This document shows positions 60,337-64,000 of a stretch of 64,000 nt of DNA, one piece after another. This DNA is from an uncultured delta proteobacterium (lineage in GTDB: Bacteria > Desulfobacterota > Desulfomonilia > UBA1062), in NCBI GenBank assembly GCA_963798485.1, contig CAWCTR010000010.1, positions 32,001-96,000 on the forward strand, in the 5' to 3' direction. Positions within the stretch are counted from its first letter, which is position 1, and every line of letters starts with the position of its first letter. The notes beneath the pieces are model-generated. The model did not search any database, had not been told where the DNA came from, and was given only the letters and a program-made list of their open reading frames with translations. The position numbers and the translations under genes are program-made.

Positions 60337-60612
60337 TCAGCTCACCAGACCCTTCACGGCTTCGATGACCGGTGCAGTGAACAGGGCAACAAGGACTGCA
60401 TACAGGGCAAAAGAACCGACTGCCTCGGTGAGGTATATCTTCGGATAACGGTATTTTAAAGAGATGACGGTGAGCCCGCCTATTGCCAGGCAGCCAAGAT
60501 GGAGGAAGGGGAAGTTCTCGGCACCGGAAGCTGTCGCCGCTGCGATGGCAAAGGTTGAAGTGATAAGAACTACGAAGACTGCCACGATCATTGTCTGGAT
60601 TGTCCTTTTCAT
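60337..60612 (-). CDS. Small membrane protein
   Basis: Signal-like N-terminus plus two TM segments; genome-typical GC. Confidence 0.7.
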   Translation of the reverse strand: MKRTIQTMIVAVFVVLITSTFAIAAATASGAENFPFLHLGCLAIGGLTVISLKYRYPKIYLTEAVGSFALYAVLVALFTAPVIEAVKGLVS

Positions 60613-60653
60613 TTTAACTTCATCCTTCATGTTTACTTGATGCTCTCTATAAC

Positions 60654-60668
60654 GCATACAGTGTGCCA
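60654..60668 (-). promoter_or_regulatory. Putative sigma54 promoter of the small membrane protein gene
   Basis: TGGCACACTGTATGC, GG-N10-GC. Confidence 0.6.
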
Positions 60669-60865
60669 ACTATGGGGACTGATCGAAATTAACCATATAG
60701 TATCTTGTTAATATTGATTATAAACTGAATCGCAGCTCACAGATTATAATGACTGTGCCTCCCCAAAACCTTGATCCATTCAATGGAATGTTCAAAGGGA
60801 TTGAATGAATCGTGCGAATCTCAGGGTTACTATAATCTAAGCTTGTGAATTACTCATGTGACCAC

Positions 60866-60940
60866 GTGCCAGTTTTTACAATCTGGTATGATGAGATAGG
60901 TTCGTATGTTTTAACCCAAGATCTACAGTCTTCAGCCTTC
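60866..60940. repeat. Dispersed ~75-bp repeat, copy B
   Basis: See copy A. Confidence 0.75.
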
Positions 60941-60952
60941 ATAATCCCGGAA

Positions 60953-61389
60953 TGTGTTCACCGGGTGAACAAAGGACCAGGCCGAGGGGTGGTATGGATG
61001 CACCAACCCGAGGAGCGAACGGAAGCATTCAGTGCAGGAAACTGGCACCAAGGGTAACCAAGGTGCCGGTGACGGGCAGGGAGGAGTCGGAGTATCTCAT
61101 AGTACTTGAGAAGGAGGGGAAGTCACCCCAGGCGACCCTCTGGAGGGAAGGGGATACCTGGATACAGAGCTTTTGGAGGGAAAGATGGCGGGAACATCGA
61201 GTCCCACAACCGTCTCAACGAGACTTCAGAAGATAGCGGAAATGGCCAGAGGCCTATGTTCCTCGGAAATTGGGTGGGGATTGTATCTACGTCCTTAGCG
61301 AATCTGTATCCTGAGGAGCCGGATGCGGGAAATCCGCACGTCCGGATCTGTGGAGGGGCCGGGGAGAGTAATCTCCCTGGTCCCTCGAC
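60953..61389 (+). mobile_element. Group II intron remnant with deleted RT ORF (5' boundary uncertain)
   Basis: Domain V GAGCCGGATGCGGGAAATCCGCACGTCCGGATC (61316-61348), a domain VI hairpin ending in GAC, DIII-like ATAGTAC...GGAGGGAAGGG, and an IEP-like start MAGTSSPTTVSTRLQKIAEMAR at 61185 that stops after 37 codons. Confidence 0.88.
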
Positions 61390-61411
61390 CCAAAATCAAA
61401 GCTTTCCCGAA

Positions 61412-61527
61412 CCAATTGCAAAACTCGAAAAAAGCCGTCACCCCCGCGAAGGCGGGGGTCCAGAGATCCATGAAAAGACTGGATTCCCGCTTCCGCGGGA
61501 ATGACGTTCCGGGAGTTTTGCAATTGG
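61412..61527. repeat. REP/MITE-like nested palindromic element
   Basis: 15-bp terminal IR CCAATTGCAAAACTC/GAGTTTTGCAATTGG enclosing GTCACCCCCGCGAAGGCGGGGGTCCAG...CTGGATTCCCGCTTCCGCGGGAATGAC. Confidence 0.85.
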
Positions 61528-61638
61528 CTCTTCCCTATATTGAATATTACTCCGATTTCTTATCAGTTTTAAGATGCCGGAAAACTGAAGATCTTTAGGC
61601 AGAATATATGCATAGATCCTACAGCTCAGTGCCTGTTT

Positions 61639-63021
61639 TCATTTGCCGCGTTTGCGGAAATGGTGTAGTGCGGCAGCCAGGAATAAGACGCAGCGTCCCA
61701 TCTCGTCAAAGACCGGAATCCCCAGATTTTCAAGGCCGGCCCTTAGCGTCTTCATTCTGTCTCCTACACCGGCAAGCCATGCCACTACAGGTTTCCCGAG
61801 CTCATCTTTCAGCCTGCCGAGGTTTTCAAACATAGAGGCCTCAGGCATACTGGCAAAGATGTGGATGATGACCGAATCCACACGGTCATCGTGCATGATG
61901 GATTCGGAAACGGCGCTATAAACCTTTTGTAAGCCGCTATGCTCGATAGCAGGCCAGATGTCTGCAGGGTTTCCCGGGTCCATCCATGGGGGGTAGACTG
62001 CCTTTAAGGCGGTCAGGGTTTCAGGGCTCAATTCTGCGAGGCTCAGGCCTGACTCATACAGCAAATCGGATGTGACGATGCCGCCGCCGCCTGAAAAGGT
62101 TACTATAGCAGTACCGGCATTGTCATAGACCCTACAATGTCTGGTCTTGGAGAAACCCCTTAGGAAGTCCATAAGCTCGGTCACATCCGTAACCTCGACA
62201 ATGCCTGCCTGTCTCATGGCCGAGCGCATGATCGTATGATCAACCGCCATGCTCGCTGTGTGGCTCATGGCCGCCTTTGCCCCTCCGGGGCTGCGGCCGC
62301 CCTTGAGCAGCACGATGGGTTTATCGGTTTCGGACGCCAGCTTGAAAAATCTCCTCGGGTCGGCGATGGATTCCGCATAGTGTCCGATAATCTTGGTAGA
62401 GGGGTCTTTGATGAAAAACTCTAACAGCTCGGTTTCATCGACATCGCATTTATTGCCGATGGAGCACATCTTGCTTATATCCAGCCCGCCACGCTCAAGG
62501 ATCATCATGAGAAAACCCGCGGAGAGCATGCCGCTCTGAACAGTCAAGGATACATCACCGGGTTTCATCAATGTCTTCCAGGCATCCGTATACATGAAAG
62601 AGAAAACATGACCTTTGTGGGCATCCAGCAAGCCCATGCAGTTTGGCCCCCAGAGCCTTATGCCATGCCTCTTCGCAAGGGCAACACACTCCTCCTGCAG
62701 TTTGGCGCCCTCAGGGCCTACTTCAGCAAATCCTGCGGACTCGATGATGATGCCCCTTACCTTTTTCTTAGCGCATTCTTCGATGGTCTTCAGAAGGGAA
62801 GGTGCAGGGATGAAGTAGATGGCAAGGTCAAAGTCCCTTGGGATGGATGATATGTCCGGATAGCATTGCCTGCCCAACAGGGATCCATAACGAGGGTTGA
62901 CCGGGTAGACCTCGCCCTTATAGCTTTGAAGGGTATTATTGAAGAGGTGAAACCCGCCCTTGGCCTTGTTGTCGCTGGCACCGATAACGGCGATGCCCTT
63001 GGGATTGAAAAAGAAATCCAT
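61639..63021 (-). CDS. Acyl-CoA ligase (ADP-forming) alpha-type CoA-binding protein
   Basis: IAVIGAS, YPVNP, GPNCMG, QSG, SHT and NPAD; no ATP-grasp domain. Confidence 0.88.
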   Translation of the reverse strand: MDFFFNPKGIAVIGASDNKAKGGFHLFNNTLQSYKGEVYPVNPRYGSLLGRQCYPDISSIPRDFDLAIYFIPAPSLLKTIEECAKKKVRGIIIESAGFAEVGPEGAKLQEECVALAKRHGIRLWGPNCMGLLDAHKGHVFSFMYTDAWKTLMKPGDVSLTVQSGMLSAGFLMMILERGGLDISKMCSIGNKCDVDETELLEFFIKDPSTKIIGHYAESIADPRRFFKLASETDKPIVLLKGGRSPGGAKAAMSHTASMAVDHTIMRSAMRQAGIVEVTDVTELMDFLRGFSKTRHCRVYDNAGTAIVTFSGGGGIVTSDLLYESGLSLAELSPETLTALKAVYPPWMDPGNPADIWPAIEHSGLQKVYSAVSESIMHDDRVDSVIIHIFASMPEASMFENLGRLKDELGKPVVAWLAGVGDRMKTLRAGLENLGIPVFDEMGRCVLFLAAALHHFRKRGK

Positions 63022-63209
63022 AGAAGCATGATCCTCGCTGTATGCTGATAATAGCTGCATAGAGGATTTGGTATGCCTTGTCAATTATGGCCCGAAGACC
63101 AAACTATGGTGCAAAGGCATAAGGCATCAAAGGCATAACAAGGCCGGGTAAATTCTCATTGGACCACGCAATATGTTGATATTATAATGCCTAAGCCTAG
63201 TATGAAACG

Positions 63210-63225
63210 TGGCATGGCATTCGCA
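63210..63225 (+). promoter_or_regulatory. Putative sigma54 promoter
   Basis: TGGCATGGCATTCGCA, GG-N10-GC, upstream of the Cys-rich ORF. Confidence 0.5.
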
Positions 63226-63244
63226 ATTACCTTCAGAAAAAACA

Positions 63245-63556
63245 ATGCAGGGTTCTCTTATGGAAGCAGACAGCAAGGGCCTGAGATTGTGCGGCATCTG
63301 CAATGACAGACAGGCCATCATAGAGTGCGATGGCTGCCTGAGGCCTTTGTGCAAGAAATGCAGGGGTATTGAAATATGGCGCACTGCAGATGAGGAGGTC
63401 ACCATCAAGTCCTTTTGCCGCGAGTGCCGGGATAATCCTCAAGTGAATCCGCATGGCCGGGGGGGCAAGGTCTTCGGCCTCGGCCGGGTGACGGATATGG
63501 TCAACCAGGAACAGCTCAAGTTTAACAAATTCAAGATCAGACTGAAGATCAGATAG
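63245..63556 (+). CDS. Small zinc-finger (B-box-like) hypothetical protein
   Basis: Four CxxC pairs (CGIC, CDGC, CKKC, CREC). Confidence 0.7.
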   Translation: MQGSLMEADSKGLRLCGICNDRQAIIECDGCLRPLCKKCRGIEIWRTADEEVTIKSFCRECRDNPQVNPHGRGGKVFGLGRVTDMVNQEQLKFNKFKIRLKIR

Positions 63557-63688
63557 GAGAGGAAAACCATAAGGGTATGGTTTGCTGACCATAAATAACA
63601 CATGATTTATTGGGTGAAGCCACCAAACAGATGGAAGGCATAATAGTAAATTAAAATATAATCAGCATATTATAAGCACAGAGCCCGA

Positions 63689-63704
63689 TGGCATGCATCT
63701 GGCA
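63689..63704 (+). promoter_or_regulatory. Putative sigma54 promoter of a small transcript
   Basis: TGGCATGCATCTGGCA, GG-N10-GC, preceded by an AT-rich tract. Confidence 0.55.
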
Positions 63705-63811
63705 ATACATGTAACAAGAAAGACAGTAATGGTAACGGGAGCCAGAATAAATTTCAAGAGAATAGGAAGGTCAATACTAAAAAACAAAGTCTTAACTGAA
63801 ACCTCCTTTTA

Positions 63812-63879
63812 ATGCCAGAAGATGGGACACTCCATTCCGCAACCGTCCCCCACACCTAATTCTTCTGGCATATTTTTTT
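63812..63879 (+). terminator. Terminator-like hairpin with a large structured loop and T-tract
   Basis: ATGCCAGAAGA/TCTTCTGGCAT 11-bp stem followed by ATTTTTTT. Confidence 0.7.
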
Positions 63880-63981
63880 GTTTCGAAAACCCAATCTTTT
63901 ACGGCCTTTTCCCTTGACAACACCCGGTACATTCATTAATAGCTCTTCATTCTTAGAACGACCATGTTTTCGAGGTGCATC

Positions 63982-64000
63982 ATGTATGCGGTTATAAGGA
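63982..64000 (+). CDS. rplU: Probable start of 50S ribosomal protein L21
   Basis: GAGGT RBS then MYAVIR..., the typical bL21 N-terminus; TTGACA upstream at 63914. Only six codons are visible. Confidence 0.6.

Noticed and set aside
60866-60875. GTGCC as the 5' splice site of the group II intron
   Set aside because: It belongs to the dispersed repeat shared with 59621, and the distance is too short for a complete domain I.
1-64000. CRISPR array, tRNA, rRNA or integron integrase
   Set aside because: No regularly spaced repeat-spacer array, cloverleaf, rRNA-like region or tyrosine-recombinase ORF was seen.

Overview
This window is mostly core chromosome of an anaerobic, probably flagellated Desulfobacterota/syntroph-like bacterium. 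That assignment is inferred from the acyl-CoA dehydrogenases, ADP-forming acyl-CoA synthetases, fliS and several sigma54/sigma28-type promoters. Housekeeping genes include metF, galE, prc, cutA, mlaE, glpK, maf, coaD, rsmD, glgP, nadC-nadA-nadB and the first codons of a probable rplU. Two accessory regions stand out. (1) 39.1-50.3 kb holds a ~2,630-aa teneurin-like Rhs/YD polymorphic toxin split by one frameshift, with an AT-richer C-terminal tip and two candidate membrane immunity genes. It is followed by a long hairpin made of two inverted dif/Xer-like sites, a REP-like inverted-repeat pair, a 353-bp orphan copy of the Rhs core, and a REP-associated tyrosine transposase (RAYT) with its own inverted repeats, stuttered purine tracts and a tandem partial duplication. 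(2) 57.4-61.5 kb holds an apparently intact IS110/IS1111-type element with a reconstructable circle-junction promoter and a candidate bridge RNA. It is inserted at one of three copies of a GTGCCAG-N10-CTGG motif that punctuate small minus-strand genes (PilZ, PIN, small membrane protein). A group II intron remnant lacking its RT and a REP-type palindromic element follow. A candidate sigma54-driven small RNA lies near the right end. No rRNA, tRNA or CRISPR array was seen. All alignments were done by eye, and product calls rest on recognised motifs, not database searches.
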